Assembly (NCBI GenBank): GCA_963771175.1
Contig: CAVYSY010000039.1
Coordinates: 192,001-256,000 of the forward strand
Direction: 5' to 3'
Origin: an uncultured delta proteobacterium
Lineage (GTDB): Bacteria; Myxococcota; Myxococcia; Myxococcales; Myxococcaceae
DNA: 64,000 nt
Shown: positions 31,130 through 42,695 of the stretch, piece after piece
Layout: each line of letters begins with the position of its first letter
Numbering within the stretch: the stretch's first letter is position 1
Position numbers and translations under genes: made by a program
Notes under the pieces: generated by a model
Told to the model about the DNA's origin: nothing
Database searches by the model: none
What the model saw: only the letters and a program-made list of their open reading frames with translations

Positions 31130-32314
31130 ATGCCGTCCTCCATCCGCGGCTCGCCCACCCCGACACGTGGGCTCCTGACAACGACCTCTCCTCGGAAGCA
31201 CCGGAAGCGGCGCGCCCCGGGATGGCCAGGTGTGCTGCTGCTCGCGCTCGGCCTCGCCTGCTCGCGTGGACGTGAGCAACCGCCCCGAGCGCTCCTCCAC
31301 GAGGCCTATGTCTGGCAGCGCGCCTGGAGCCCCGAGCTGGCTCAGGCCGTCACGGAGGCGCCCACCGAGCTGGGCGTACTCCGGGTGCTGGCGCGTGAAC
31401 GGTCGGGGTCGGCGCGTACGCCGGTGGACGTGGCGGTGGACGTGGCAGCCCTGGCTCGGAGCGGCCGCGAGGTCGTGGCGGTGATGCGGGTGGACGGCAC
31501 GGCACCGCTCGATGGCATCTCCCTCCAGGAAGTCACCGCGCATGCTCGGGCCTGGCGGGCACGGGGAGTGCGCGTGCGCGGCATCGAGCTCGATCACGAC
31601 TGCGCCACCGCCGCCCTGGATCGGTACGCGGACTGGCTGGCGCGCGAGCGGGCCGCACTCGGCGACCTGGCGCTCTCCATCACGGCGCTGCCCACGTGGA
31701 GCTCCTCGCCCGTACTCGCCCGGCTGGTCTCCATCCCCGACGACATCGTCCTCCAGGTGCACGCGGTGCGCGCGCCGACGCTCTTCACCCCCGAGGAGGC
31801 ACGAGGATTCACCGAGGCCTGGTCCCAGGCCACCGGCCGCCCCTTCCACGTGGCGCTGCCCACCTATCGCGTGCGGCTACGCGACGGGACACCCCTGTCC
31901 GCCGAGCCCCGAGAGGTAGCGCGCTTCCTCGCCGGGCTGCGCGAGCGCCCCGTGGCGGGAGTGGTGGGCATCCTCTGGTTCCGACTCGGCCACCGGGGCG
32001 ATCCGGAGGCCTGGAGCCTCCCCACGCTCACGGCGGTGGTGCGAGCCGAGCCGCTCGTCCCGAAGCTCCTCCCGCGACTGGTGGACGCGGGCGGGGGCAC
32101 GCTGGACATCGTTCTAGAAAACACCGGCCGCGTGGACGCCGACGCTCCCGCGCGCCTCACCTTTTCCGGCAACCTCGAGGTCCTCGATGGCGTGGGTGGA
32201 TATACCGCGCGAGGGGCCTCTCTCGTGGCGCGCACGCCTCCCCGCCTGCGCGTGGGCGAGCGCCGGGTCGTCGGCTTCGTGCGGGGAACCGAGGTGACTC
32301 TTGCTGTTCCGTAG
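31130..32314 (+). CDS. DUF3142-like protein (TIM-barrel-like), probable lipoprotein; start uncertain
   Basis: EAYVWQRAW, GIELDHDCAT, SITALPTW, VLQVH, ALPTY, WFRL; LAC lipobox. Confidence 0.7.
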   Translation: MPSSIRGSPTPTRGLLTTTSPRKHRKRRAPGWPGVLLLALGLACSRGREQPPRALLHEAYVWQRAWSPELAQAVTEAPTELGVLRVLARERSGSARTPVDVAVDVAALARSGREVVAVMRVDGTAPLDGISLQEVTAHARAWRARGVRVRGIELDHDCATAALDRYADWLARERAALGDLALSITALPTWSSSPVLARLVSIPDDIVLQVHAVRAPTLFTPEEARGFTEAWSQATGRPFHVALPTYRVRLRDGTPLSAEPREVARFLAGLRERPVAGVVGILWFRLGHRGDPEAWSLPTLTAVVRAEPLVPKLLPRLVDAGGGTLDIVLENTGRVDADAPARLTFSGNLEVLDGVGGYTARGASLVARTPPRLRVGERRVVGFVRGTEVTLAVP

Positions 32315-34318
32315 CCTGCTGACGTGCCTGCTGGTCCTGACGCTGCTCGCCCCCGTGCGCCGCGCGGACGCCTGTGGCCCCGACTTCCCCCCCGAGTACC
32401 TGGGCAACCGGCCCCGGACGCTGGCGGAGCTGCCGGACGGGGCCTTCCTGCTCGAGGCCTCGCGACTGCTGCCGAAGCCGGCGGACGACTTCCGCGTGGT
32501 CGAGACCGGGGAGGATCCGGAGGGAGCCCGGACAGGCGGGGCCCGCGAGACGGAGCTGTACCAGGCCGGCGCGAAGGCCTTCCACGCGGGGAGCTGGGAG
32601 GAGGCCCGTGCCCGCTTCATCGAGGTGCTCGCGCTACCCGAGGAGGAGCGCCGCCACTTCTCCACCTTCGCGGCCTACATGCTGGGACGGACGGCGGGCT
32701 CGGCGACGGAGGCGCGGGAGCGCTTCAACGAGGTGCGCGAGCTGGTCCGCCAGGGCTTCCACGATCCGCTGGGCCTCGCCGTGGCGAGCCTGGGCGAGGA
32801 GGCGCAGGACGCACCTGGGCGAGGGCGATGACGCGGGGGCCATCCAGCTCTACGCGCAGCAGGCGGCCCACGGGAGCATGAGTGGAGCCATCTCGCTGCT
32901 GATGGTGGCGCGGGGGATTGCCCTGGGTGAGGAGGCACGCCTGGAGAAGGCGCTGAAGGATCCGCTGGCACAGCGCCTGCTCGCGACCTACGCCTGGACG
33001 CGCGGGCAGGAGCCGCTGTGGACGGAGGACTACGAGCAGACTCCCGAGCCCGCTGCCGCGTCTGATGGATGCGCTCGCGGCCGTGCCCGGGCTGGCCGGG
33101 GCGGATCGGCTGGCGGCGGGAGCGTGGCGCGCGGGCCGCTTCGATCTGGCCGAGCGCTTCGCCGGACAGGAGAAGACCCCGCTCTCCGCCTGGGTGAGGG
33201 CGAAGCTGGCGCTGCGCCGGGGGGATCGGGCGGAAGCGGAGCGGCTCCTCGCGGAGGCCGCGGAGGGGCTCCCGGAGACGGATGACTGGTCGAGCAGTAC
33301 CGAGATGATCGGGTCGCGGCGTCCGAGGTCTCGCGTGGAGGGAGAGCGGGCCCTGCTCGCGCTCGTGCGGGGAGACTTCGCGCAGGCCGCGGAGCGCGCG
33401 ATGGCGAGCTGTTCCTGGCAGGACATCGCCTACGTGGCCGAGCGCGTGCTGACGGTGGAGGAGCTCCAGCGGCTCATCGCGGCCCACGCGTCCGACCCGG
33501 TGACCCGGTGCCAGCCCGAGCAGGCCTTCTTCGACGAGGGCCAGGACGTGGTCTCGCGCCTGCGCCTGGTGCTCGGGCGACGCCTGATGCGGAGCGGAAA
33601 GGGCCAGCAGGCCCTGGAGTACTTCCGGGGGACGAAGTGGGAGGAGCCCGCGCGGAAGTACGTGGAGGCGCTCGAGCGGGGACGGTCGGCCTGGGACGAC
33701 GTGGACAAGGCCCAGGCGCTCTATTCGGCGGCGCGGCTCGCGCGCACTGTCGGCATGGAGCTGATGGGCACCGAGGTGGCACCCGACTGGACGTGGGTGG
33801 AGGGGCTCTATGACCTGGGCGCCCTGGCCGAGGAGGAGCGGGCCGACGAGGACACTCCGGCGTGGACCGAGCAGGACAACGTGCCACTCACCACGGACGC
33901 CGAGCGCCAGCGTCTGACCGCCCACGCGCCGCCGCACACGGTGCGCTTCCACTACCGCTCCACGGCGGCGGATCTGGCCGAGGAGGCGGCGGCGCAGGTG
34001 CCTCCCCGCAGCCAGGCGTACGCGGCGCTCCTGTGTCACGCCGCGCGGTTCTCGTCGTACAGCGATCCGGAGCGGGTCCAGCACCTCTGGCGCACCTACG
34101 TCCAGAAGGGGGCGATCGTCGCCATGACCTTCGGCCAGAGCTGCCCGGAGCCGGACTTCGAGCGACTGCGGAACCAGAAGCTCGCCCTGCCGTGGAAGAC
34201 CTGGCGGCTCCGCACGCTGGCGACGGTGGGAGGAGGCCTCCTGCTGCTCCCCGTGATGGGCGCCGCGCTCTTCCTCCGCCGCAAGCGCCGGGATACGGAA
34301 AAACAAACCCACGGGTAG
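32301..34318 (+). CDS. Large secreted helical-repeat protein with C-terminal TM anchor (two frameshifts)
   Basis: Signal + ACGPDFP; DPLGLAVASLGEEA; DIAYVAERVLTVEEL; GMELMGTEVAPD; RFHYR; C-terminal TM followed by RRKRR. Confidence 0.7.
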
Positions 34319-34424
34319 CGCTGAACCCGAGCAGGCAGGCACCTGCTTCCCCGTCTTCCCCCCTCGGCTGCCCCCCAACGATTGGACTGCATGGGTCAGA
34401 CCTGGGTGGTACATCCGTTCCCTC

Positions 34425-34988
34425 ATGGACGAGGCACAGGGAGAACAGGGCAAGAAGGCGGCGCGTCCGCGGAAGCAACCCCGGAAGGTGTCTCCGCGCT
34501 ACCTGGAGAACGCCTCCCTGCACTACCTGAAGCGGTATGCGGCGACGTCGAGCCAGCTCAAGCGCGTGCTCCAGCGGAAGATCGACAAGTCCATCAAGTT
34601 TCACGGCGGGGATCGCGCCGAGGCGCTCGGCTGGATCGACGCCCTCGTCGCGAAGCTCACCCAGAGCGGGCTCCTCAACGACGAGGCCTACGCCGGGATG
34701 AAGGCCCACTCGCTGCGCACCTCGGGCCGCAGTTCCAGGATGATTGCCCAGAAGCTGCGGATGAAGGGCGTCGCCGCGGACGTCGTCGCGAAGAAACTGG
34801 CCGACGCGACGGCGGAGCTCTCCGAGGAAGAGGCCGCGAAGATCTGGGCGAGGAAGAAGCGGCTGGGTCCCTTCCGCACCCATGCCCAGACCCGGGAGGA
34901 GAACCGGCAGAGGGATCTCGCCTCGCTGGCGAGAGCGGGGTTCTCCTTCGGGATCGCGAAGAAGATCATCGACTCGGACCCTGGGTAG
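34425..34988 (+). CDS. recX: RecX regulatory protein
   Basis: LHYLKRY, GLLNDEAYA, GRSSRMIAQKLRMKGV, LARAGFSF. Confidence 0.85.
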   Translation: MDEAQGEQGKKAARPRKQPRKVSPRYLENASLHYLKRYAATSSQLKRVLQRKIDKSIKFHGGDRAEALGWIDALVAKLTQSGLLNDEAYAGMKAHSLRTSGRSSRMIAQKLRMKGVAADVVAKKLADATAELSEEEAAKIWARKKRLGPFRTHAQTREENRQRDLASLARAGFSFGIAKKIIDSDPG

Positions 34989-34993
34989 CTCGC

Positions 34994-36316
34994 TTGAACA
35001 CGCGCCCCGGCATCGCCTCCGACGACCTGCTCGCCTCCCTCTCCTGGGAAGCGGGGCTCTCGCCCCACACAGTGCACCGCACCACCTCGCTCCTGCCCGA
35101 GCTGCTGGGGCTCGGCCTGGGTGAGGTGCTGCACGAGGTGACACGGCCCGTCCCCGGTCAGTCTCACGAGCGCTTCAGCTACCCCGGCGTTCCGCTGGTG
35201 GAGCTGCGACGGGCCCGCCAGTGGAAACCGAACCGTGACGGCATGTGTGGAGTCCAGGCCAATGCCCACACGATCACCACCTACCAGGCGCTCGACGTCC
35301 ACATGGCGCGGTATCTCGGCGCTCCGCTGCTGTCGTCATGGGTGACGTTCGGCAAGTACGCCGCCCGCGAGGCGGGCTCGTGGATCCGCATCCTCGAGAC
35401 GATGCTGAGCCTCACCCACCCGGTACCCGGAGAGGTTGCGTACGCACGGCGGCTGCGCTTGAGCCGCGCGCTGCTCGCGCTCGCCAGCCAGGATGGCCTG
35501 CTGTCCGCGCTCACCAGCGTGGTCCAGGGGCTGGTGAACGGCTACCCGACGGGAGCGGCGCTGCTGGCCGATGCCCACCGGCTGGCGAGCCTCCTGCCCG
35601 AGCTGCGTCAAATGGGGTGGGCGGCGCGCAACGGACTGGTGGAGGGAAACGCCGAAATGTACCACCGGGTGGGGTTCGCCTTCGACGTCTTCCTCCGGGC
35701 CGAGTCCGTGGGGTGTAACGGAGTAGAAGCCCTCCAGGAGGTCATCGCCGCGGGAGAGCTGGAGGATCCACAGGGCTACCTCCGGGCCGGCTTCGCGCTC
35801 TACCGCGAGGCGCACCTCGTGGGCCTGCTGGCCCGCTCACCCCGGGTGTCTCGCGGCCGCCATCTCGTGCTCGAGTCCTGTCGTCGGCACCTCGTCCACG
35901 AGGCCAACCTGCTCATCGCCGTGCAGGAGCAGGCGCTGGTGCTGCAACGACCCAGCATCTTCACCCACCCGGTCATCCACTCCCTGTTGGGCGCCGTGAG
36001 GCCGGGCCAGTTGCAGATGACGCTCACGCCACGGCCGGGAGGCAGGGGCTACGACCGCTTCCCGATGCTGCCCGAGGGAGGCAACTGGGCGGACTTCGAG
36101 GCGCGGATGGGCGTCCGGGACGTCACGGACGATCCGAACCGGCCCGCTTACACCTACCCCGTCATCTTCCCCGGCACACCTCCCTCCGAGGCGCGCCACT
36201 ACGTGGTGGACACGAACCGGCGGGGCACGATCGTGGACCTCTTCACGCGCTATCTCGGCGGGCCCGCGGGCGAGCAGCTCCATCACGGGCGCCCCCGGGA
36301 GCTCCAGCCCCTCTGA
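34994..36316 (+). CDS. Hypothetical protein
   Basis: Long open frame; ITTYQAL...SWVTFGKYAAREAG, GLVEGNAEMY, ANLLIAVQEQ; start uncertain. Confidence 0.6.
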   Translation: MNTRPGIASDDLLASLSWEAGLSPHTVHRTTSLLPELLGLGLGEVLHEVTRPVPGQSHERFSYPGVPLVELRRARQWKPNRDGMCGVQANAHTITTYQALDVHMARYLGAPLLSSWVTFGKYAAREAGSWIRILETMLSLTHPVPGEVAYARRLRLSRALLALASQDGLLSALTSVVQGLVNGYPTGAALLADAHRLASLLPELRQMGWAARNGLVEGNAEMYHRVGFAFDVFLRAESVGCNGVEALQEVIAAGELEDPQGYLRAGFALYREAHLVGLLARSPRVSRGRHLVLESCRRHLVHEANLLIAVQEQALVLQRPSIFTHPVIHSLLGAVRPGQLQMTLTPRPGGRGYDRFPMLPEGGNWADFEARMGVRDVTDDPNRPAYTYPVIFPGTPPSEARHYVVDTNRRGTIVDLFTRYLGGPAGEQLHHGRPRELQPL

Positions 36317-36340
36317 GACGGAGCTCCCCTCCCCGCCCGC

Positions 36341-36775
36341 TCAGGACACCCGGGTGAGCACGGCCCGGTAGAGCGAGGACAGGCCGGGCACCGCCGAGGC
36401 CACGCCACCAGCGATGTCGAAGTGATCCCGCTGGTAGACGATGCGCCCCTCACGCACTCGCAGGTGGCTGACCCCCTCCAGGGTGAGCTCCGGCCCGAAG
36501 CGCGGCGCGAAGTGCATCCGCCAGGACGCGAAGAGGAGACCGCCCTGCTCGGCCATCTCCTCCACGGTGATGTCGAGCCGGCGGGCGCGGGCCAGGAAGC
36601 GCCGGTTGAGCTCGGCATAGGCGGCCAGGCCAGAGACGCGATGGAGTGGATCCTGGAACTGGAGGTGCTCGTCGTAGAGGGCGAGGAAGGCGGGCAGCGC
36701 CGGCTCGCGCTCCCGGAAGAGCGTCTCGAGCGCCCGTCGCCAGCGCTCGCCCAGCGAGGTGTCCTGTGGGCTCAT
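36341..36775 (-). CDS. SnoaL/NTF2-like protein
   Basis: LYDEHLQFQDP, GVSHL, RIVYQRDHFD. Confidence 0.8.
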   Translation of the reverse strand: MSPQDTSLGERWRRALETLFREREPALPAFLALYDEHLQFQDPLHRVSGLAAYAELNRRFLARARRLDITVEEMAEQGGLLFASWRMHFAPRFGPELTLEGVSHLRVREGRIVYQRDHFDIAGGVASAVPGLSSLYRAVLTRVS

Positions 36776-36795
36776 GTGACTCCTGGTGTTTCCGC

Positions 36796-37890
36796 TCAGG
36801 GACGGATGCTGCCCGTCTCGATGGCGCGGGCCGCCGTCTTCGAGAGGACCTGGACGCCGAAGATCATCGCCGCGAAGCGCTCGTCCTTCGTGAGGCCCTG
36901 CTTGTAGCGGTAGTAGATCTGCTGGGCGATCACCGCCACCTTGAAGAGCGACAGCACGTAGTGGAACGTGATGTCGACTCACGTCCCGGCCGCTCTTCTC
37001 GCGCGTAGCGCGCCACCAGCTCCTCGCGCGTCAGGTTGCCCGGCAGCGTCGTCAGCCCGAACGGCAGCGCCACCAGCTCCTCCGGGTCGTTCGCCTCGCA
37101 CCCAGTACGCCAGCGCCGTGCCCAGGTCCGTCAGCGGATCGCCGATCGTCGCCATCTCCCAGTCGAGCACCGCCCGGATGCTCGGCGAGGTTCGTCGGGG
37201 TCGAGCACCAGGTTGTCGTACTTGTAGTCGTTGTGGATGAGCGTCGGCGCCGCTCGGCCGGGGCATGTGCTCCGCCAGCCACTCCGCGACCTGCTCCATC
37301 TCCGGGATGTCGTCCGTCCGCGCCTTGCCGTAGCGCTCCGTCCAGCCCGACACCTGCCGCCCCACGTAGCCCTCCGGCTTCCCGAGGTCCGCCAGCCCCG
37401 CCGCGCGCCAGTCCACGGCGTGCAGCTCGACCAGGTTGTCCACGAAGTTCTCCGAGAGCCGCCGCATGAACTCCGGCGTCAGCTCGATGCCCTTCGGGGG
37501 CTTCGCCGCGCAGGATGACCCCGTGCACCCGCTCCATCACGTAGAACGGCGCGCCCATCGGCGACTCGCCCTCGTCGCAGAAGACCAGCGGCCGCGGCAC
37601 CTTCGGGTACACCGGCAGCAGCCGCGCTGAGGATGCGGTACTCGCGGCCCATGTCGTGCGCGGCCTTGATGGCCTTGGCTCCGAACGGCGGCCGGCGCAG
37701 CACCAGCTCCTGCTCGCCCATCCGCAGCAGGTAGGTCAGGTTCGAGTGCCCGCTCGGGAACTGCTCCACCGCCAGTGGCCCCGTCAGCGCCCGGCACCTT
37801 CTCGGCCAGGTACGTCTCCAGCCACGCGACGTCCAGCTCCTCGCCCGGACGCACCGGCCGCGTCCGGTCCATCCACTCGGGCGTGCTCAT
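36796..37890 (-). CDS. APH-family phosphotransferase (frameshifted)
   Basis: [56 protein letters not shown]. Confidence 0.85.
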
Positions 37891-39109
37891 TCCTCCCTCC
37901 GCCTTCTTCAGGCCGTAGCGCTCGAGGATGCGCTTCGCCAGCGACGACTTGTGCACCTCGTCGGCGCCGTCGTAGATGCGCGCGGCGCGCTCGTGCCCGT
38001 ACCAGAAGGCGAGCGGCGTGTCGTCGGTCATGCCCAGCGCGCCGTGCGCCTGGATGGCGCGGTCGAGCACCCGCTGCAGCACGTTCGGCCACGTAGAACT
38101 TGATGAGCGGAGATCTCCTCGCGCGCCTCCGTCGCCGCCCTCCTGCTCGATCTTCCACGCCGCGTGCAGCACCATCAGCCGCGCGGCGTCGATCTCCGGC
38201 GCGGCTCTCGGCGATCCACTCCTGCACCATCTGCCGCGTGCCCAGCGGCTTGCCCGGCGAGAGCTCGCCGGCTCGCGGCGCGCTCGCACATCAGGTCGAA
38301 GGCGCGCTCGCAGATGCCGATCCAGCGCATGCAGTGGTGGATGCGCCCCGGCCCGAGCCGCTCCTGCGCGATCACGAAGCCCATCGCCCTCCGCGCCGAG
38401 CAGGTTCGCCAGCGGCACGCGGCAGTCTCGTAGCATGCACCTCGCCGTGGCTCGCCCAGCGCTCGCCCGCGTCGCCCATCACCGAGATGTTGCGCACGAG
38501 CTCGAAGCCCGGCGTGTCCGGTGGGGACGATGATCAGGCTCGCGCGCGGTACGGGTTCGGCGACTCCGGGTCGGTCACCGCCATCACGATGGCGAAGGCC
38601 GCGCCGTCCGCGCCCGAGGTGAACCACTTGTGCCCGTCGATCACGTAGTCGTCGCCCTCGCGCCGCGGCCCGGTCCCCAGCCAGACCGGGTTCGAGCCCG
38701 CGAACTCCGGCTCGGTCATGGTGAAGCAGCTGCGGATCTCGCCGCGCACCAGCGGCACGAGGCAGCGCTCCTTCTGCTCCGCGGTGCCGTGCTTGCGCAG
38801 GATCTCCATGTTCCCGACGTCCGGCGCCTGGCAGTTGAAGACGTAGTGGCCGAGCGGGCTCCGGCCCAGCTCCTCCGCCACGAGCGCGAACTCGATCAGC
38901 GACAGGCCCGCGCCGCCGTGCTCCTTCGGCATGTGCGGCGCGAAGAGGCCCATCTCGCGCACCTCGGCCCGGAGCCTCTCCAGCTCCGGGTGCAGCGCGT
39001 GGAAGCCCTTCGTCTGGAGGGAGCCCTCGAGGGGCTGCACCTTCTCGCGGATGAAGCCGCGGACCTCGGGCAGGAGCGTCTTCAGTGATTCCGGGGGAGT
39101 GAAATCCAT
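37887..39109 (-). CDS. Acyl-CoA dehydrogenase (ACAD10/11-like), frameshifted
   Basis: [54 protein letters not shown]. Confidence 0.88.
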
Positions 39110-39171
39110 GGGTTCATCTCCGTGACAATGACGTCCAGGAAGGACAGGGGGTGCGTCGGGGTGGGGACTGC

Positions 39172-39940
39172 TCACATCGCCGTGGAGCCGCCGTCGACGA
39201 CGAGCTCCGAGCCGGTCATCAGCTTCGACTCCTCCGAGGCCAGGTAACGTCACCGCGTACGCGATGTCGTCCGGCTCGCCCAGCTGACCGAGGGGAATGC
39301 TGCGCACGAGCTTCGCCTTGCCCGCCGCCATGTCGCCGCCCAGGCTCGCCAGCCCGTCCACCATGGGGGTCTCGATGAACGTGGGGTGGATGGAGTTGCA
39401 CCGGATGCCGTAGCCCTTGCGCGCGCAGTGCAGCGCCACGGACTTGGTCAGCAGGCGCACGCCGCCCTTGCTCGCGCAGTACGCCGGGAAGTTGTCCACT
39501 CCCACCAGCCCCGCCACCGAGCTGATGTTGATGATGGAGCCCTTCGCGCCGCACTGCCGCATCCCCCGGACGGCGTGCTTGCAGCCCAGGAACACCCCGT
39601 CCAGGTTCACCGACTGCACCAGGCGCCACTCTTCCAACGAGAGCGCCTCGACGTCCTTGGCGATGCCGATGCCCGCGTTGTTCACCACCACGTCCAGCCG
39701 GCCGAACGTGGCCAGCACCTCGTCCACCACCCGCTGCCAGTCCGCCTCTTGCGTGACGTCCAGCTTCCAGGCGCGCGCGGCCTCGCCGATCGAGCCGGCC
39801 ACGTCCCTCGCGCCGGACTCGTTGCGATCCGTCACCGCCACCCGGGCACCCTCGCGGGCCAGCATCCGCACCATCGCCGTGCCCAGCCCCGACGCCGCCC
39901 CCGTCACCAGCGCCACCTTGCCTTCGACTCGTCCAGCCAT
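39172..39940 (-). CDS. Short-chain dehydrogenase/reductase
   Basis: TGAASGLG, VNNAG, NISS, YCASK, C-terminal VVDGG. Confidence 0.88.
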
Positions 39941-40936
39941 CACTTGCCTCCCACCGGGCCCGCCGGCGTCAACAGCACCTTGCCCTGGCGCCCGCCCTCC
40001 ATCGCCCGCGTCAGCGCTTCCTTGATGTTCTCGAGAGGGAACGTGGCCTCCACCGGCGCATACAGCACGCCCTCGGCCACCAGCTTCGCCATCCGCTGCA
40101 TCAGCTCGGCCTGCTCCTGGCGCGGCGTCTTGTTCATCCAGTTCACCAGCCAGAAGCCGCGCAGCGTCACGTCCTTGAAGATGGTCGCCACGGCGCGAGA
40201 GGCTCGGCCCCTTGCCGCTCATCGCGCCGTAGTTCACCACGATGCCGCCCGCGGCCAGCGAGTCTCCCAGCCGCATCGTCGCCGAGCCACCAATCGCGTC
40301 GATGCCCAGCCGGATGTTCGCGCCACCCGTGGCCTCGCGCACCTTCGCGGGCAGGTCCGGCCCGTCCACCAGCACCACGTCCGCGCCCAGCTCGCGCAGC
40401 TCTGGCACCAGCTCCTCGCGCCGCACGACGTTGACCGTCTTCAGTCCCTCGCGCTTCGCCAGGGTGATGAGGTAGCGACCCACCGCCGAGTTCGCCGCGT
40501 TCTGCATCACCCACTCACCGGGTTGCGGCTGGATGAACTCGTGCAGCAGCAGCTCGGCCGTGGGGGGATTGATGGAGAGCATCGCCATCTGGAGCGGATC
40601 CGCGCCTTCCGGAACGGGCAGCAGCCGCTCCGCCTTGGCCTTCAGGTGCGTGCGCCAGGTTCCCGCGCCCATGGGCAGGAAGACGAGCTGGCCGGGCCGC
40701 ACCGCCGAGCTGCCCGACACCTCCACCACCCGCCCGACGCCCTCGTTGCCCGGCACCGCCGGCAGCTTCGGCAGCAGGCCGTACTGGCCGCTGAGCGTCA
40801 TGATGTCCGAGGGATTGATGGACGTGGCCACGACTTCCACCAGGGCCTCGCCCGGCGCGAGCTCGCCGGGGTTCTCGTCCACCACCTGCACCACGTCCAG
40901 AGGGGGCCCGAAGGCCGAGAAGCGCACCGATTTCAT
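39940..40936 (-). CDS. MDR-family 2-enoyl thioester reductase-like protein
   Basis: INPSD, PGNEGVG, INPPTA, QNAANSAVG, YGAMS, LRGFWL; frameshift near 40195. Confidence 0.85.
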
Positions 40937-41080
40937 GAGACTCCACTCGTCCAGGGTTTCGAGGGGCGCCGAGCCTACCCCGCCCCCCGTCTCGAAGGGC
41001 GAGGAATGTCGGTCACGGCGAGGGGGTTCTGGCGTGCCGCGTTGGCATGGTGGCAAGCTCCAAGCAGACAGGAACATTCC

Positions 41081-41557
41081 ATGGACATCCCTGGCTGGCA
41101 GTTGTGGATCATCGCCGCGGTCATCGCGGGAGCGCTGGAGATCGCCCTCCCGGGCTTCGTGCTGCTCTGGTTCGCCGTGGGCGCGCTGGCCGCCAGTCTG
41201 GTGGCGGCCCTCGGGCTGGGCATCAACCTCCAGCTCACCGTCTTCACCCTCGTCTCCGTGGCGCTCTTCGCCGCGTCGCGCACCCTCTTCAAGAAGGCCT
41301 TCATGCGCAATGCGGGGAGCGTGAAGACGGGCGTGGAGGCGATGGTGGGCCAGGAGGCCCTGGTGACCGAGTCCCTCACCGAGGGGCACGGGGGCACGGT
41401 GCGCATCAACGGTGAGCTGTGGTCGGCGCGCCCGCTCGGGGGCCCGGTGGCCGAGGGCGAGCGCGTCATCGTGGAGCAGGTGGAAGGTTTGAAATTGTGG
41501 GTGCGTCGCCCGGCGACGGCACTCGAAGTTCCATTGAAGAAGAAGGAAGGTAGCTAG
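41081..41557 (+). CDS. NfeD family protein
   Basis: TM helices; GTVRINGELWSAR OB fold. Confidence 0.85.
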   Translation: MDIPGWQLWIIAAVIAGALEIALPGFVLLWFAVGALAASLVAALGLGINLQLTVFTLVSVALFAASRTLFKKAFMRNAGSVKTGVEAMVGQEALVTESLTEGHGGTVRINGELWSARPLGGPVAEGERVIVEQVEGLKLWVRRPATALEVPLKKKEGS

Positions 41558-42625
41558 ATGGGCACCGGAGTTCTCGTCGTCATCGCGATGGCCGTGGTCT
41601 TCGCCCTCATCAAGGGCCTGCGCATCGTTCCGCAGGCGAAGGTGATGGTGGTGGAGCGCCTGGGGAAGTTCCACAGCGTCGCGACCAGCGGGTTGAACAT
41701 CCTCATCCCGTTCTTCGACTCGCCCCGCGCCATGGAGATGCGGGTGGACAACCGCTCCACCCGCACCTACCTGGTGGACATGCGCGAGCAGGTCATGGGC
41801 TTCGAGACCGTGCAGGTCATCACCCATGACAACGTCACCATGGAGGTGGGCTCGGTCATCTATTACCAGATCGTCGATGCGGCGAAGGCGCTCTACGCGG
41901 TGGAGAACCTGGCGCTGGCCATCGAGCAGCTCACCATGACCAACCTGCGCAACATCATGGGCGGGCTGACGCTGGACCAGACGCTCACCAGCCGCGAGAC
42001 GGTCAACACCAAGCTGCGCATGGTGCTGGACGAGGCCACCGAGAAGTGGGGCGTGAAGGTGACGCGCGTGGAGTTGCGCGAGATCGAGCCGCCCGCCGCC
42101 ATCAAGGACGCCATGGCCAAGCAGATGACGGCCGAGCGCGAGCGCCGCGCCGAGGTCACCAAGGCCGAGGGCGACAAGTCCGCGGCCATCCTCCAGGCCG
42201 AGGGCGAGAAGATCTCCCGCATCCTCCGCGCCGAGGCCGAGCGAGACGCGGAGGTCGCCCGCGCCGAGGGCCGCAAGCGCGCCACGCTGCTGGACGCCGA
42301 GGCCAAGGCCGAGGCCACCCGGCTGGTGTTCGACGCGGTCAACGCCGGTGGCGGCGCTACCCCCGAGGTGCTCGCGCTGCGCTACATGGAGACGCTGCAG
42401 GAGCTGGGCAAGGGCGACAACAAGATGTTCGTCCCCTACGAGGCCACGGCGGCGCTCGGCAGCATCGCGACGCTCAAGGAGGTGTTCGCCCGGGAGGGCA
42501 ACGCCAGTCCGCAGCCCGCTCCCAGCGCCGCGGCCCGGAGCGCCCAGTCGATGTCTCGCACCCTGGGGACGCAGCCCCCCGCCATGCCGGTGCGCACTCG
42601 CCCCACCCTGCCGTCCGACGAGTAG
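41558..42625 (+). CDS. SPFH/stomatin-like protein (QmcA-like)
   Basis: VVERLGKF, ITHDNV, WGVKVTRVELREI, QMTAERERRA. Confidence 0.9.
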   Translation: MGTGVLVVIAMAVVFALIKGLRIVPQAKVMVVERLGKFHSVATSGLNILIPFFDSPRAMEMRVDNRSTRTYLVDMREQVMGFETVQVITHDNVTMEVGSVIYYQIVDAAKALYAVENLALAIEQLTMTNLRNIMGGLTLDQTLTSRETVNTKLRMVLDEATEKWGVKVTRVELREIEPPAAIKDAMAKQMTAERERRAEVTKAEGDKSAAILQAEGEKISRILRAEAERDAEVARAEGRKRATLLDAEAKAEATRLVFDAVNAGGGATPEVLALRYMETLQELGKGDNKMFVPYEATAALGSIATLKEVFAREGNASPQPAPSAAARSAQSMSRTLGTQPPAMPVRTRPTLPSDE

Positions 42626-42656
42626 TCCCGGCGGGAGGGCTCAGCCCCCTGTCGCA

Positions 42657-42688
42657 AGCGCCCTCTCCGTACAACTGGAGAGGGCGCT
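42657..42688. terminator. Hairpin between convergent genes
   Basis: Perfect 12-bp inverted repeat AGCGCCCTCTCC / GGAGAGGGCGCT with an 8-nt loop. Confidence 0.7.
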
Positions 42689-42695
42689 CGTGTTT

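Noticed and set aside
34382..36316. 644-aa ORF overlapping recX
   Set aside because: The first third is an off-frame reading of recX; the real gene probably starts near 34994
38534..41827. Apparent 1097-aa multi-domain fusion
   Set aside because: Chance concatenation of antisense nfeD/SPFH sequence, reductase, SDR and ACAD, each with its own start
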